From positions 49,974,001 through 50,038,000 of the forward strand of contig NW_024704743.1 of the NCBI RefSeq assembly GCF_018977255.1: a DNA stretch of 64,000 nt, given 5' to 3'. Origin of the DNA: Callorhinchus milii (Eukaryota). Shown in pieces: positions 1 through 13,570 of this stretch. The translations under genes were made by a program, and so were the position numbers. Positions within the stretch are counted from its first letter, which is position 1. Each line of letters begins with the position of its first letter. Under the pieces are notes generated by a model that did no database searches, was not told the DNA's origin, and saw only the letters and a program-made list of their open reading frames with translations.

Positions 1-282
1 AGGCAGAGGGATTGAGGCATGGATTCCCAGAGTTTTAGGACACAGTGACTGAATGCATGGCTATTGATGATGGGAAGGAAGTATTGAGGGATGTGCAGAA
101 GACTAGAGCGAAGGGAATGGGTAGGGAATGGATGTGCATAAGTTTGAGAGGTAAGGAGGTATCTCGACATGAAGTGACAGTTCACAGGTAAGGTATTTAA
201 AATTGTTTATTTTTGACTTTTAGAAATTATTTTGCACTCTTGACTCTTGATTGTTATAATTATAACAGTTAGTGTGATATAG

Positions 283-589
283 TAATAATAATAATCCTTG
301 CATTTGATATAGCGCTTTTCACGTCGGGAGGACGTCCCAAAGCGCTTCACAGAACACACTGTAAAGTGAATTGACTGTATATTTGTGGGCGAACGCGGCA
401 GCCAATTGCGCACAGCAATGTCCCACAAACAGTCGTAGATTGAAAATGACCAATTTATTATTGTTTTTTTTGGATTATTATTAGGCATGTGGAGTAAGGA
501 AACTTGCCCAAGGTTTTGCCCTGCCTGGAATTGAACTCGGGTCTCTCGCTTGCAAAGCGAGTGCTCTAACCACTGAGCTACAGGACTCC
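283..589 (-). mobile_element. Composite tRNA-Ala/CORE/Deu-3'/L2-tail SINE, short subfamily, full length
   Basis: Minus strand GGAGTCCTGTAGCTCAGTGGTTAGAGCACTCGCTTTGCAAGCGAG (A box, TGC anticodon arm), B box GAGTTCAATTCC, ACCTTGGGCAAGT, GCTGTGCGCAATTGGCTGCCGCGTT, L2-type tail ending (ATT)n. Confidence 0.95.
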
Positions 590-628
590 ACATCTGAAAT
601 AAGTGGGTTTCTCTTGGTGTCACAACTA

Positions 629-1000
629 CATAGAGAATATGGCACGGAAACAGGCCATTCAGACCAACTGGACCATAACAGTGTTTAAATTCCATACAAA
701 TCGCGTATTCCCCTCTCCTATACCCCTCTATTCTCAAGGCATGTCTCAAAACCCTCTTCTTCGACCGAACCTTTGGCCACCCTCCTACCCTCCCTGCCTT
801 CCACCCTTCCCGATCCTGACCGCCAGCTCGGGTCCAAATCCCTGACTGTCCAGCACCTTCGGACATCCTCCTGCCATGAAAGGCGCTATACAAATGTAAT
901 TTTGTATTGCATTGTATTCCCTGCTCCCTCATGTATGCATCAAGTTTCCTCTTAAATACGCTGATGCTTTTGGCTTCAACAGAGATCAGCGCATTGGGCA
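629..1000 (-). mobile_element. CR1 3' fragment interrupted by an L2 3' fragment (734-914, + strand)
   Basis: CR1 end (aggccattcagacc) resumes after the L2. tattc flanks the L2 on both sides (729-733, 915-919). Confidence 0.75.
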
Positions 1001-1694
1001 AACGTATATCAACCTGGCTGAGTTGGTAGAACTCTTGCCTCCGATTCAGAGAGATTAATATTGTTATCATCGTTATTATCGTCAGCTTATGATACACTGA
1101 ATGTACAGAGCACAGTAACCTCTATCGATCCAGATTCAGTAATACAGGATCATATTATATTGGAGATTTCTTTTTTTTTAAATCAAGTGGATAATTCACA
1201 GATTTGTTGTTCATTTTCTGATGTCTAAATATTTTTGTGAAAACAGTGAGTGATTATAACATCATCAAGAATTTTATGTTTGCGATGTTTTGGCAAAACA
1301 ACACTTCAGAGAGTGTATGAAAGGAAGCTGATGCCTCTAAACAACGTATAAATGGACGACATTCATTGACCACAGCTGGATGTGGATGCAAGCCATAAGA
1401 ATCCTTTTCAATCACTCAGGAAAACAATTCTGCAGCACTGTTTTGCTTAGCAACAGAGGGCTACCAGACACTCATGGAGAAACCTTCAAAATAAAATTAT
1501 TTTACGAACAGACTTTTAGCTAAAAAAATATGTTGGGGCATCTTTTACAGTAAGTACTTACCCCTAGAGTTTGCTTGTCTGTTCACAACACTTAAAATCC
1601 CAGCTTCAGTGCCATGTGTGTTTTTCTTTGTGACCAAACTCACTCTGTAAATTAAAAAGGAATAATTAGATATTTTAGGCAGCAACCTGGTTGA

Positions 1695-2077
1695 TTGGGA
1701 GTTCAAGCCCCACATCAGGATTTTGAGCTATTAGTCTAGGCTGACACTCCAGTACAAGGCATGGACTGTTCTGTATTTTTGGAAATGCCATACTTTGGAT
1801 GAGACATTAAACCAAATGCAGTATGCCTGTTCAGGTGGACATTAAAAATCCCATGATGCTATTCAAAAAGAGGAGGGAGTTTTGGGGGCCAGCAATCCCC
1901 CAAATAAAATTGGTCATTAACTCCAAGGCTCTTTGAGGGACATTGCTGTGTACAAATTGGCTGCCATGTTCAGCTACAAATACACAGACACTGCACATCC
2001 CAGTAAAAAAAATCCGATGAAGCTCTTTTAGACTTTTTTGCAATGTGATAAAGTTCTATAATCAAATGTAATAATAA
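1695..2077 (+). mobile_element. DeuSINE
   Basis: aggctgacactccagtac; ggatgagacattaaacc; caggtggacattaaaaatcccatg; caaattggctgcc. Confidence 0.82.
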
Positions 2078-2901
2078 TTCACCCCCTGTTTGGGTCCAAA
2101 TTCCTGACTATCCACACCTTGGGACATACTCCTGATGTGAAAGGCACAATACAAATGTAATTTGTTGTTGTTGCTGTTATTATTATTATTATTATTATTA
2201 TGTTCTAAAAACAGACAATAATAATGTCACACATCAAAATAAAACTTCCTGAAGTGCTATTCTTACTTACCCACCACCCACTGTAAATAAAATTCACAAT
2301 TTCCGATCAGTAGGGCTTAGGCATCAATATTTAAACATCAGGATAGCTAACAAATTTGTGGATTTGACAAATCCAATGTTGTAGAAAGTGAAATGTATGT
2401 AAACAAAATAAGCCAAAATTGCCAGCTGCTGCAGATGCTTTCGTACATGATTAATGGAACGTTAAAGTTTTCTACAGTTCATTAACCACATTCAGACTTT
2501 ACATTGGTAATTACAATTAGTGCTAATTTTTATTTCCTAATTTCTTTACAACAGAGAAGTTACAGAACATTACATGTATTGTAGCCAATGACTGCGATAG
2601 GTCATTCAGCTGTAACAGGTCAATGTCTTTTAGATTTCGACGTGGCTTGCTGCTTATTTAAATAATTTAGCTAAATTATTGGAGTCTGAGGGTTTTCTTT
2701 AAAAACTATAATAAGAAAGCTATCTTAATGCTAAAATTCCTTTTTAGCTTCAAAAATAGACCTAAAACCTTCAATTAACAGAGCATCTTTAGTTTGTGAC
2801 TGCAAAACCCATAATCGTTGTATTTATTTTTGAATATGTCCTTGATATTTTTGAACGCTTGCATTGTCATGTTTATGGCAACCCATGCCTTGTTGCGAGA
2901 A

Positions 2902-3226
2902 AATAATAATATTAATCCTTGCATTTGATATAGTGCTTTTCACATCTTCTAGATGTCTCAAAGCGCTTCACAGAATATGCTGTAAAGTGAATTGACTGTA
3001 TATTTGTGGGCGAAACGCGGCAGCCAATTGCGCACAGCAGTGACCCACAAACAGTCGTGGATTGAAAATGTCCAATTTATTATTGTTTTGTTTTGGAGGG
3101 ATTATTATTATTATTATTATTATTAGGCGTGTGGAGTAAGGAAACTTGCCCAAGGTTTCGCCCTGCCTGGAATTGAACCCAGGTTTCTCGCTTGCAAGGC
3201 GAGTGCTCTAACCACTGAGCTACAAG
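2902..3226 (-). mobile_element. Composite SINE, short subfamily
   Basis: High similarity to 283-589. Confidence 0.93.
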
Positions 3227-4692
3227 AAATTAAGCTTAAAAATGTGAGATGACCACTCCGTTGTGAATAAAAACAATAAACAGCTCATTTCATAACAGGT
3301 CACCAAGCCGAATGTCCATAACATGAAGTCTGGAAGCAGTCTGACTATCTTGCCTTAATTTAGAGTAGGTTTCTGCTCAAGGACTCCGATTATGTATATA
3401 TATTTATTAATAAATCCATTAATTTGGTTTGCATGAAAATAACATCTTGGCTATTTGCATCAGCATCCTTTCTATGGACCATTGCTTGAGGTAACACCCT
3501 TATCTCACCATGAAATGCTCCTGTTTTGAATGCTCATACATTACTTTGATGCTGTGAAGTGAAGAGCACTTGTTTGAAACTTTGTTTCTCTCACAACTGG
3601 TAATTGCATAACTCATAAATAACAGTGGGTAGCACACTTTAAAATGTACAAAGTGTCATACATTCTGTTACAAAATAAATGTGTCCTTTCAATGAGAACT
3701 GAGTTGTGTGGTTTGTTACTGCTCGGTTCACGGCTGGTGTTCAAATGGAATTTGATGAACAGCATGTGGTATAAGAACCCATCTGTACTTCACAAAAATA
3801 CAGTCTTCTAACACATTCTCGGTTATATATTCTACCATATAACATACACTATATATCCTTATATTTGGTATAATGGCTTCATGTTAAAATGAAGCACTTC
3901 ACATGATATACTGTAAAGTGCAGTGACTGTTTTGTGAGGGCGAATGCACCAATACTACCACCTGTACCACTCCAAGTGACTGTATGATATTTTCCTGTAA
4001 TTATATTTCTATAATAACAATCCTTGTATTTCTCCCTCATGTACTGTGTTAATAGTCAAAACATATATTGTATACACAAGGGTAAACACTTCACACGTCT
4101 GCCAAAGGAAACAAGTACTTAAAGCAAACAGCAGTTCCATCACCTTTAATACAAACAAATCTTCAAAATATTAGGGCTAACTACAAAATATTTTACATTT
4201 ACTTTAATGCTGAAAACTAATTGAACATTAAAAATACTGGAAGCTCCAGCAATCTCTAGAAGTCTCTGCCTATAATATCCAGGTAAGTGGAAGAGCTGCA
4301 TCACATCACCTTGAACTGGTACATTTTATAATATCATCCAATAAAGAAATATCCAAAATCAAATTCAAAATGCAGAAGAGAAAGGCACTGATTTCTGTCT
4401 GTCATCAGAAGTTCAATTTCAACTTCAATTTCAAGTTCAACTCAAAAAACGTTATCACCAGTATAGGTTGTCTTATCCTAAAAGGTTTTCATTTTTGCAA
4501 AGTGTAAGCTGCTTACTTTATATATCCATGTCTTTTAAACAAATTTGTTTTTAAAAATCCTATAATGTGACGTAGGTAATTTAACAGATATCCTGAATAT
4601 GGACATCTTTGCTTATAGAGAACATTGTGTTTATCCCGTTCTCTATTGTCCACTCTTCAAAGTTTCCAGTTCTCACTGCTCAAGGCATTCAT

Positions 4693-5012
4693 GGAGTCCT
4701 GTGGCATGTTGGCTAGAGGACTCTCCTGAAAAGCGAGAAGGCCCAGGTGTGATTCCTGGGCAGAGCAAAACCTTAGGCAAGTTTCCTTACTACACATGCC
4801 TCTGTTTACCTAGCAGTAGGTAGGAACCTGGTCATTAGTCGATTGGCGGATCCCTTCCCAGGGTAATAATCCCTTCAAAAAAAAATTAATAATTAACAAT
4901 AATAATAATTTGATCACTTAATCTATGACTGTTTCTGGGACACTGCTTTGAGCAATTGGCTGTCACGTTTTGCCCACAAAATATACAGTCAATTCACTTA
5001 ATAGCATACTCT
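4693..5012 (+). mobile_element. Composite SINE, long subfamily
   Basis: tRNA head plus the extra segment ctgtttacctagcagt...aggaacc...gattggcgga. Confidence 0.85.
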
Positions 5013-6876
5013 AACATACTTCAGACCCGAAATTTCACCTGGCCTTAGCTCGTAAACTATTTAATCATTTAACTTCATGCACAGAGTGGAAAATTAAATT
5101 CAATTTTGATCTGGAGACTGGTTTCTGCAGTTCTTTAAAAAAATGGCTTTGAAATGAAGAGTGAATTTTAGAATTTTCCACCATTCTACATAATTTGCAC
5201 AATTGGCTGTCGCATTCAACCACAAAAATACAAAATTATGGGACTTTACATTATATCCTATGAAGTACTTTTAGATGGCTCTGTAATGTAAGGCACAACA
5301 TCAAATGAAAGAATTATTTATTATAATCTTGAACTTTAAAACTAGATGGCTTTACAGACTAAGGTTAGATGGAAAATGTCAGGCATGTTGTGTCTTGAGT
5401 CATGAAAATATGAGAATTTATAATAATGTTGAAACCTTCAGCATTAGAGAACAGTAACCATTTAAGTGCTTGTGATATCCAAGTAATAATAATAACTCTT
5501 ACATTTGATATGTGCGTGTTGGAAGAACATCTCAAAGCACTTCACATGACTCACTGTAAAATGTAGTTAGTAACTTTATTTTTTTGCAGCAGTCAATTTA
5601 TACAAAACAATGTCCCACAAACAGCCATGAGGTGAATAACCAGTTTTATCTGGGATCTTTAACATCCACATGAATGGAATTGTGGTTTAATGTCTCATCC
5701 GAAGGACAACACCTCCAAAAAATATAAGAGCTGCAGCACGTTGATTTCAGTGCATTTTAAAATGTCATCTCATAAAGAAATTTAAGTTGTCTGGATTTAG
5801 AGTAAAATACACCACAGCACATCATCACTGAAACATTACCTTGATAACAGAGTGGGTTAGTTGAGCTAAATGGGCTTTGCACATTACTTATTTCTTGTAT
5901 CAGTATTGGTGCCGAATGGAAAATTCAATGGTAATAACATTGTATCAAATGTAGCTAAGTTAGGAGATACTGCGATAAACCTTTAAACCCACTGGAGAAA
6001 GAATCATTTCTACATGGTCAGATGCTGGTGTTGAATGACAATTTGTAAGCGAACACTCTTGTTCAGAACAACAGGCAGGAATTCAGTAACATTGTATTAT
6101 TCATGATTAGAAATGCGCAAACAATGGTCAGTGTAAACGTTTCATCATATTCTTCCTTAAATCCAAAAATAAACTTGGTATTTGCAGATTTAAGATTATG
6201 TGCTGCAATGAAAATTATGCTTTCTCTCCAACTGTAATTTCAGGAAGCTTCCCATGCCTAAATTCAGCAACAGACATGCTAACCATTAAAACATCCAGTT
6301 TTTATTTGCTATCAGTTACAAATACTCACGGTTATATAATTGCACACAGTTCATGCAGTATGTTAAAGCTGCCGCTGCCTCCCATACCCTGCCCTACTGA
6401 TAAGAACAATTTGTTCCAAAACCAGCTTTCTGCTGTGCAGGGCTAATCATTTTGCACCAGCAGCAAGAGCCATTACTCCATATCTCGTCGCGCTGGATAC
6501 AATCACAGCTTTTAAATAACACTATCAGTCAGAATATGCTCCATCAAAATTGCATGGAGGGAAACATGCTGAAAATAGGATAGCTGCTGCAAGCTGCTCC
6601 CCGGCAGTGAACAGGAAAATGAAGAGGCAGTCAAAAGCAATTAGCTGGGACCAGAGGTGATCACAGGAGTCTGCTGAGACACCTTATTTCCTGTGCTTTT
6701 TTGACTTTTAGTTCAGGTGTCCCTCTGCAAAGCTAACTAACCAAAACAAGAAAATACAGAACTATCGAATCTTATTACTCTCTGCTCTTGACCTTTTTTC
6801 TAAATCTGCTTCCATAGGTAGAATATTAAACATTATAGTATGCTAAATTATGTCAACCTGTCTGTGCTCACTAAAA

Positions 6877-7158
6877 CAATAATAAACCTTGCATTTGATA
6901 CAGCGCCTTATCACAATGTTGAGACATCTCAAACGCTTCACAGAATATATTGATATTTCATGGGTGAAACACAACAGTCAATTGCTAGCAGCAGTGTCCC
7001 ACAAATAGCCATGGATTAAGTGACCACATTTTTTGGGGGAAAGTGATCTTCCATTCGGCTAACAACCGGGTTCCTACTAACTGCTAGGTAAACAGAAGAG
7101 TGTGGAGTAAGGAAACTTTGCCGAAGGTTTCGCCCCACGAAATCAAACCCAGGTCCTC
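6877..7158 (-). mobile_element. Composite SINE, long subfamily, degraded
   Basis: ggttccta...ctgctaggtaaacag...ggagtaaggaaact plus tail. Confidence 0.8.
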
Positions 7159-7249
7159 AGAACCATTTTTGGTAATAATGAACTTGATGAAAAGTTTTAA
7201 TTTTTTCTCTCAGGTTTGGGTCAACCAATGTTATCCATAACAGTTTACT

Positions 7250-7830
7250 GCACTTTGCTTCTGAGTCAGAGGATTGTAGGTTCTAGTCACATGTCATGAC
7301 TTTGAACTCAGAGACTAGGCTGCCATTCCAATACATCATAGAATCATAGAATTATACAACACAGAAGGAGGCCATTTGGCCTATCGTGTCTGTGCCAGCT
7401 TTTTGAAAATAACTATCCAATTCAATCCCACTCCCCGCTCTCTCCTCATAGCCCTGCAAACTTGTCCTCCCCAAATATCTATCTACTTCTCTCTTAAAAG
7501 TTGCTATCAAATCGGCTTCCATCAGCCTTTTAGGCATGCTGGGGAATGCTGCATTGTCAGAAGTGCAGTCCTTCGGATGAAATGTTAAACCAAAGTCCTG
7601 TCTGTTTGTTCAAGCGCTATAACACTATTCGAATGTAAAAAGAAATTTCGCCCAGTTTCTATCCTGGCCAATAATGGACATATAAAATCAATCATTCACT
7701 TCATGGCTGTTTGTGGAAAATTGCTGTGCCCAAATTGGCTGCCGTGCTCACCTACAAATACACATTGATAGCTGGTGAGGAAACTTGGGGCATCAACTGC
7801 TGGAAAGTGTTACATGAAGTGAACATTCAT
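7250..7830 (+). mobile_element. DeuSINE interrupted by a minus-strand CR1 3' end (~7336-7535)
   Basis: DeuSINE head at 7250-7335, resuming ~7536. The insert begins (catagaat)2...aggaggccatttggcc. Confidence 0.8.
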
Positions 7831-7838
7831 TTGTACAG

Positions 7839-8387
7839 AGCCTGGAATCCACCAGGAAGATGGTGGTAATGCTCTCATTCATTTCATGCTGATCTGTGTG
7901 CCCACCAGGAAGCTCGTAGGGATTCCCTGATACCTACCATCCACCTTGTGAGATTTCAAATCGCCACTTGCCAGATGTCAAATGACCAACTAGTGACTAT
8001 CCTCACAAGCGGAGTCTCCTTGGAGCTGTGAACTGGCTCCAATGTGACATGTTTGGCAACGGAATATCAAAACTCTCTGTGGCGGTCTCATTAGTCCAAT
8101 TTCTGAGTCAGAAGGAACTCACCATACTTAAGAGTATCCAGTTGTGCACCCAATGCACTCGCTGGGGTCCCCTTGCCTTGGCTCTTGCCAATCTGCACCT
8201 AATTCTGGAATTAGGTAATCAAGATGCTATCCTCTAGCATCCTCTAGCATGCACATTCCAATCCAATACATTTCTTGGATATTTCATGTATAGGTGAATT
8301 GCATGGAATTCTCAGTTTGATTTAGATCCTCTTAAGCATGGTGTTGGGTTTCCGCATGTGTCAAACCCCCGGCTACCCCCAAAAAAT
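7839..8387 (+). mobile_element. Same LINE family, internally deleted 3' fragment
   Basis: QEDGGNALIHFMLIC; ends gggtttccgcatgtgtca...ccggctacccccaaaaaa. Confidence 0.75.
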
Positions 8388-8989
8388 ACACAGCCACTAC
8401 ACTTTACAGTACATCCTATGAAGTACTTTGAGGCATACTCCTGACACGAAAAGCCCTATATCAAATGTAAGAATTATCATTATTACTAAATTATACAAAT
8501 ACAAACTATCAAATTAAAATGTATGAAACCTTGGAATTGTACTCATTCTACAGTAATCTATTATCTGAAGCCATTTTGGGAAACTATTTATAGTTTTCGG
8601 AGTACAGTTTTGAATATAAAAAAATTATTCAGTGCTATTAATTTTATTACTGAAGCAACAGGTACTGCCTGTGTCTGAATGGTCAATTACCTAGCTGTTG
8701 TTGAAGATCAGATAGAGTACAATGGCACTTTATTTTGTTCCCAGCAGTTGCTATCAAAAATTGTTCCTAGTAAGAAGGCAAATGTACCTATCACATTCTT
8801 CTATTGAAGTCTAACCGGTGGAAAATTGGCTTCCACATTTGAACTGAATTTAAAATGTTTTCAAAATGCTGTATGATTTTAAATCGTCTCACGACCAGGG
8901 ACATGAGATATTGCAGGCCTGATACTGGATCTATCACAGAAGAAACAAGAGACAATTCTACCTGAAAAGGTAGAAGATACATTTATTCT

Positions 8990-9629
8990 AAAATTACATG
9001 TGTAATGAGCCTTTCACATCGGGAAGACGTCCCAAGGCACTGAACAGTCGGGGGTGTGGGGGGAGGGGGGCGGGGCGGCAGGGGATTGGGATCAGAGAGG
9101 ATGGAGGGCAGAGAGGGTTGCCGAAGAGGAGAGTCTTGAGGCAGGCCTTGGTAGGGCGGGGCAGGCGGGGACATGAAGCAGGCCAGAGCCTGCTGAGCTG
9201 AGCGAGCAGACAGGTTGATAAGGGGTTAGCAGGTCAGAGTGGTATGAGGGGGCAAGGCCATGGAGGGCCTTGAAGGTGAGGACGAGAATTTTGAACTCAA
9301 TCCTCTGAGGGATGGAGAGTCAGTGGAGGCGGGTGAGAGTGACGGTTATGGGGGCACAGAGCCTGGTGCGGGAGATGACATGAGCTGCAGAGTTCTGGAT
9401 GATCTGCAGCTTGTAGAGGGAAGAGTTGGGAAGGGCGACAAGCAGGGAGTTGGCATTATCAAGCCTGGTTATAATGAAGGCATGTATGAGGGTTTCGGTG
9501 GCCTGAGCGGTGACACGGTGGCAGAGTCGGGCAATGTTGCAGAAGTGGGGAAGGCAGAGCGGGACATGGCATAGATGTGGGTGAGAAAGGACAGTTGAGG
9601 GTCAGACAAGATGCCTAGATTCCTGACGT
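8990..9629 (-). mobile_element. L2 LINE 3' fragment
   Basis: Homologous to 61188-61935 (for example ctgcagagttctggatgat; L2 tail with gggacgtc...gtgaaagg). Confidence 0.9.
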
Positions 9630-10140
9630 CCCCACATTATAGAAGGGACGTAGAGGCTCTGGAGATTGTGCAAAGGAGATTCACAAGGACGATCCCAGAA
9701 CTGAAAGGTTATACCTACCAGGAAAGGCTGAACATGCTTGGACTCTTTTCTCTTGAAAAGAGGAGGGTAAGGGGTGACCTAATAGAGGTCTTTAAAATGA
9801 TGAAAGGTTTTGATAGGGTAGACATAGGGAAGATGTTTCCACTTGTGGGGAGACCAAAACCAGGGGCCATCAAAATAAAATAGTCACAATAGATCAAATA
9901 GGGAAGTTAGAAGAAATTTCTTCACACAGAGAATAGTGGGAATGTGGAACATGCTATCACAAGGAGTTGTTGAGGCAAATTTAAGGAGAAGCTTGATAGG
10001 GACATGAGGGAGAAAGGAATAGAAGGTTATGCTTGAAGGCTTAGTTGAGGAAGGGCAGGAGGCTCATGTGGAGCATAAACACCGACATAGACCAGTTGGG
10101 CCGAATGGCCTATTTCTGTGCTGTATATTCTGATGTATCT
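9630..10140 (+). mobile_element. CR1 LINE 3' fragment
   Basis: SPHYRRDVEALEIVQRRFTRTIPELKGYTYQERLNMLGLFSLEKRRVRGDLIEVFKMMKG, followed by the CR1 3' end gggccgaatggcct...tattctgatg. Confidence 0.95.
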
Positions 10141-10894
10141 GATGTATATTATCAATGAGTTTTTGTGCTCATCAAAATTAGGAATTTTAGTACTGGGGAA
10201 AGGATTTTTTAAATACAGGACCAAGTGTTTGGTCATAAGTACTCTATTTTTTGGTCATTTAAACACACTGTTTATTAATTATTAATAATACAATTATTTA
10301 TTTTTAATAATAATGAAATAGAGGAGCTCTGGGGCAATGCATTTTACACTATTTAGTACAGAAGCTGTCCTAAACTATATTCAGCAACCGAGGAGCTTGT
10401 AATTCACTGCATCCAAACTGAGGAGAAAGAGTCCAAGAAAGATGCATTTACAAAGTTTGTAAGAAAATACTGGAATGGAAATGTAATGCTTCATAACTTT
10501 TTTTGAACTCATTTGTTAGCGCATTCGTCTAACACTCAGGATCATCCTCATTGCTCTCCTCTGCACTGCCCTTAGGGTCTGGGTAACCCTCTTGTGTCAC
10601 AGCGACCAAAACTGTATCAACCGTCTGAGCAGAGCACTGTATAACCTGAGTATGACGTCTGGGATCTAAACTCAACTGATCTGCCAGTATAGTCCTGTAT
10701 CCTGTTTGCCTCGTTTATTAACCTGCATGCAAAGATTATTATTATTATTTTCTGGTGTGTATCGTGAAATTTATTTTTACGATCCCATTTAAAATCTCAA
10801 ATATCTCCATAAGGTTCCCTCTGAAACCTCTCTTCTCAAGACAATTACGAGAACCCTGATTGGATTTAGTCCCTAGTCCCTTGTGTGTCAGTCA

Positions 10895-11308
10895 GGTTCA
10901 GTTGCTGGCACTCTCACCTCAGAATATTGGGACTTGAAACTCACAGACTGACAGTTCAATGCAGTCCTGAGGCGTGCTGCATTGTCAGAGGCACTGTCCT
11001 TCGGATGAGATGTTAAACTGAGGTCCCATCTGCCTATTCAGATGGATGTTAAAGATCCCAAAACACCCAAAAATAGAAGGAAGATTCTACAAGTTTCTAC
11101 AAGTATCCTGGCCTAGAATCTCCCAAATAAAATTGTTCATTTGTTTCATGGTTGTTTGTGGGACATTACTGTGCCCAATTGGGCTGTTGCATTCACTTAC
11201 ACAGTCACTCCACTTCACAGTAAATTCTGTAAAGCTCTTTGAAACATCCTCCTAATGTCAATGGCAGTATACCAAATGCAAGGATTAAAACATTATTATT
11301 ATTATTAT
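10895..11308 (+). mobile_element. DeuSINE
   Basis: ccttcggatgagatgttaaactgagg...cagatggatgttaaagatccc; (TTA)n tail. Confidence 0.82.
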
Positions 11309-12465
11309 TGGCAAATAGGTGCCTCAGACTGACACTGAGAGAAGCCATTGAGATCATCACGATGGTTTCTCAACTAATTAAGAACAAGGTAGTTATTATG
11401 ATTTGTAAAACCCTGTACAATATGATCCAAAAAAAAACTTGAATAGCAAAAAATCTGTTTAAATTGCTGTTCTGACATGACAATTTGAATTGTAAAGTAT
11501 CCAATTTTAGTAACCCGTGGAGGGAAGAGTGTTTGGTATAAAATGACTGTTTAGTAAACCAGCCCTTGAGCTTAGTCACAAGGAATTTGCCAAGACTCAT
11601 TGCACAACATATGGTTGATCAGAAAACTGATGTTTCTAAGGTTCCTTTATCTCTTTGTGTTTTCCACTACTTCTTTAGGTTAACAGATGTTTTATTATTG
11701 CAGGAGTCACTTTACTATAATATGCTACAATATCAATCAAGAGTTTTACAAACTCCACTGGGTTACCAAAGGACTTGGAATTTCTTATGAATTGAAACAA
11801 GACTGGTAACCAAGTTGGGGAGGAGTGGATTGGATTCTGGTGGGAGGTGAGATGAACAAGAGTTCGATTCTGTAAACAAGTATAAGAGCTGGTAAATTAT
11901 AGGTTCTCTCTGTGTATTGTACATTGTAGCTTTCAAGAGGGCAAAATCTAAGCATGGTATATAGAGTGGAACTTGATTTTATAATTTGTGTTTATAATAG
12001 TAGGCAGTGGTTCTCACTCTCCCTCAGATCTCTCTGCCTGCATCACCTCATTCTCTCTCCTCCTTCCTTCCTGAGGCTGCAATTCTCTCAATCCTTATAA
12101 CTGACGTGTAGAATTACAGACAGTACACTGCAGAGACTTTGTTAAAATTAGATGTTGGATACGCAGTAGTTTTTCCATTTGTACATCAATCCTACCATCT
12201 AAATCACAAGAAAACACAGCCTGTCAAGTTGGGCTGCCTGCACAGTGGCTCCTTTGTTGTCGAACCAGTGTATTGTTACATTGAGCTGAGATTGAACTCA
12301 TTTCTTCTTATGTTGCTAGTGAAATGCATTTCAAAGCACAGGATATTTTTGGTAGCTCTGAAATCCAAGCATTATAAGTCACATAGATTGCATTCATTGC
12401 CTATTTGGTTACATGCTGAAGTTTCTAAACAAAATCTACTTATCAGACTATCTGGATTTCATTTT

Positions 12466-13570
12466 GTTTTGGTCAGCTGGCTGTCTGACACATGCGGAAA
12501 CCCATCACCATCCTTAAGAGTATTCAAAGCAAACTGAGAATTTCATGCATTCCACCTACACATGGAAGTTCCAGAGATAGTTTATCAGAATGGAACGTGC
12601 ACTCTCTCCATGGAGGAACATATCATACTTACCTAATTCCAGAAAGTATTAGGCGCAGGTTGGCAAGAGCCAAGGCTTGGTGACCCCAGAGTATGCGTTG
12701 GGGTAATGCTGGCATCTGACCAGCTAAAAACGCAAAGCTTGCCATTGATATCACTGTCTGGCAAGCTTTCCCGCTGCTTGTCCAGCTAGGACCACTCTAC
12801 CCTTTAAGGCTGTGGGTTACAGGGGTTAACAAGAGCTGAGTGGGAGGATTCCCTGCCCCCAATGACTGGTCTGCCCTTCCAGATCCTGCCAATGAGCCAG
12901 ACTGGCTGTGCTATCATCAGCAATACCCTGGAATACTGCGGACCTGCCTGGCTAAGGAACCATCTTACCGAGACCACCACAGAGGGCTGGCTTGATTCCA
13001 GCATTCTGTTGCCAAACATGTCACCTAGATGCCTGTTCAGGTCCAAGGGGACCCCACTTACCTCCCCTTCAAGGAAGAAAGTTCCTAGTTGGTCATTCGA
13101 CATCTGACAAGTGGGGGTTTGAGCCCTCACTAGGTGGATAAATAATATAATAATCCTTGCATTTGATATAGCGCTTTTCACGTCTTCTAGACGTTCTAAA
13201 GCCCTGCACAGAATAGACTGTAAAGTGAATTGACAGTATATTCGTGGGCAAAACGCAGCAGCCAATTGTGCACAGCTGTGTCCCACAAACAGTCGTGGAT
13301 TGTAAATGACCAATTTATTATGGTTTTGTTTTTTGGAGGGATTATTATTCGGTGTGTGGAGTAAGGAAACTTGTCCAAGGTTTCACTCTGCCTGGAATTG
13401 AACCCAGGTGTCTCGCTTGCAAGGCGAGTGCTCTAACCACTGAGCTACAGAACTCCACCTGAGCTACAGAACTCCACGGTAGGTAGGTATGAGGAATCCC
13501 CTGCGGCTGGCAACACACCATCTTCCTGTCCACAGCTCAGGTACACATCTCTTGCCATTGAGCGCTGATT
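12466..13570 (-). mobile_element. Non-LTR retrotransposon 3' fragment (CCHC-knuckle type, RTEX/Tx1-like, clade uncertain) with long 3' UTR, split by a SINE
   Basis: Peptide HLVRAQTPTCQMSNDQL...MFGNRMLES...WLIGRIWKGR. 3' end ...catgtgtcagacagccagctgacc plus A-rich tail. Homologous to several other fragments in the window. Confidence 0.75.
13140..13477 (-). mobile_element. Composite SINE, short subfamily, inserted in the CCHC-LINE fragment; 19-bp tandem duplication at its head
   Basis: Similarity to 283-589. ctgagctacagaactccac occurs twice (13440-13477). Confidence 0.93.

Noticed and set aside
207..1097. Longest ORF (296 aa)
   Set aside because: Chance read-through across a CR1 end, an antisense L2 fragment and a SINE; not a gene.
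2271..2280. 10-nt microexon on the minus strand (ttttatttacag|TGGGTGGTGG|gtaagt)
   Set aside because: Good splice sites, but not frame-preserving and no corroboration; such pairs arise by chance in 64 kb.
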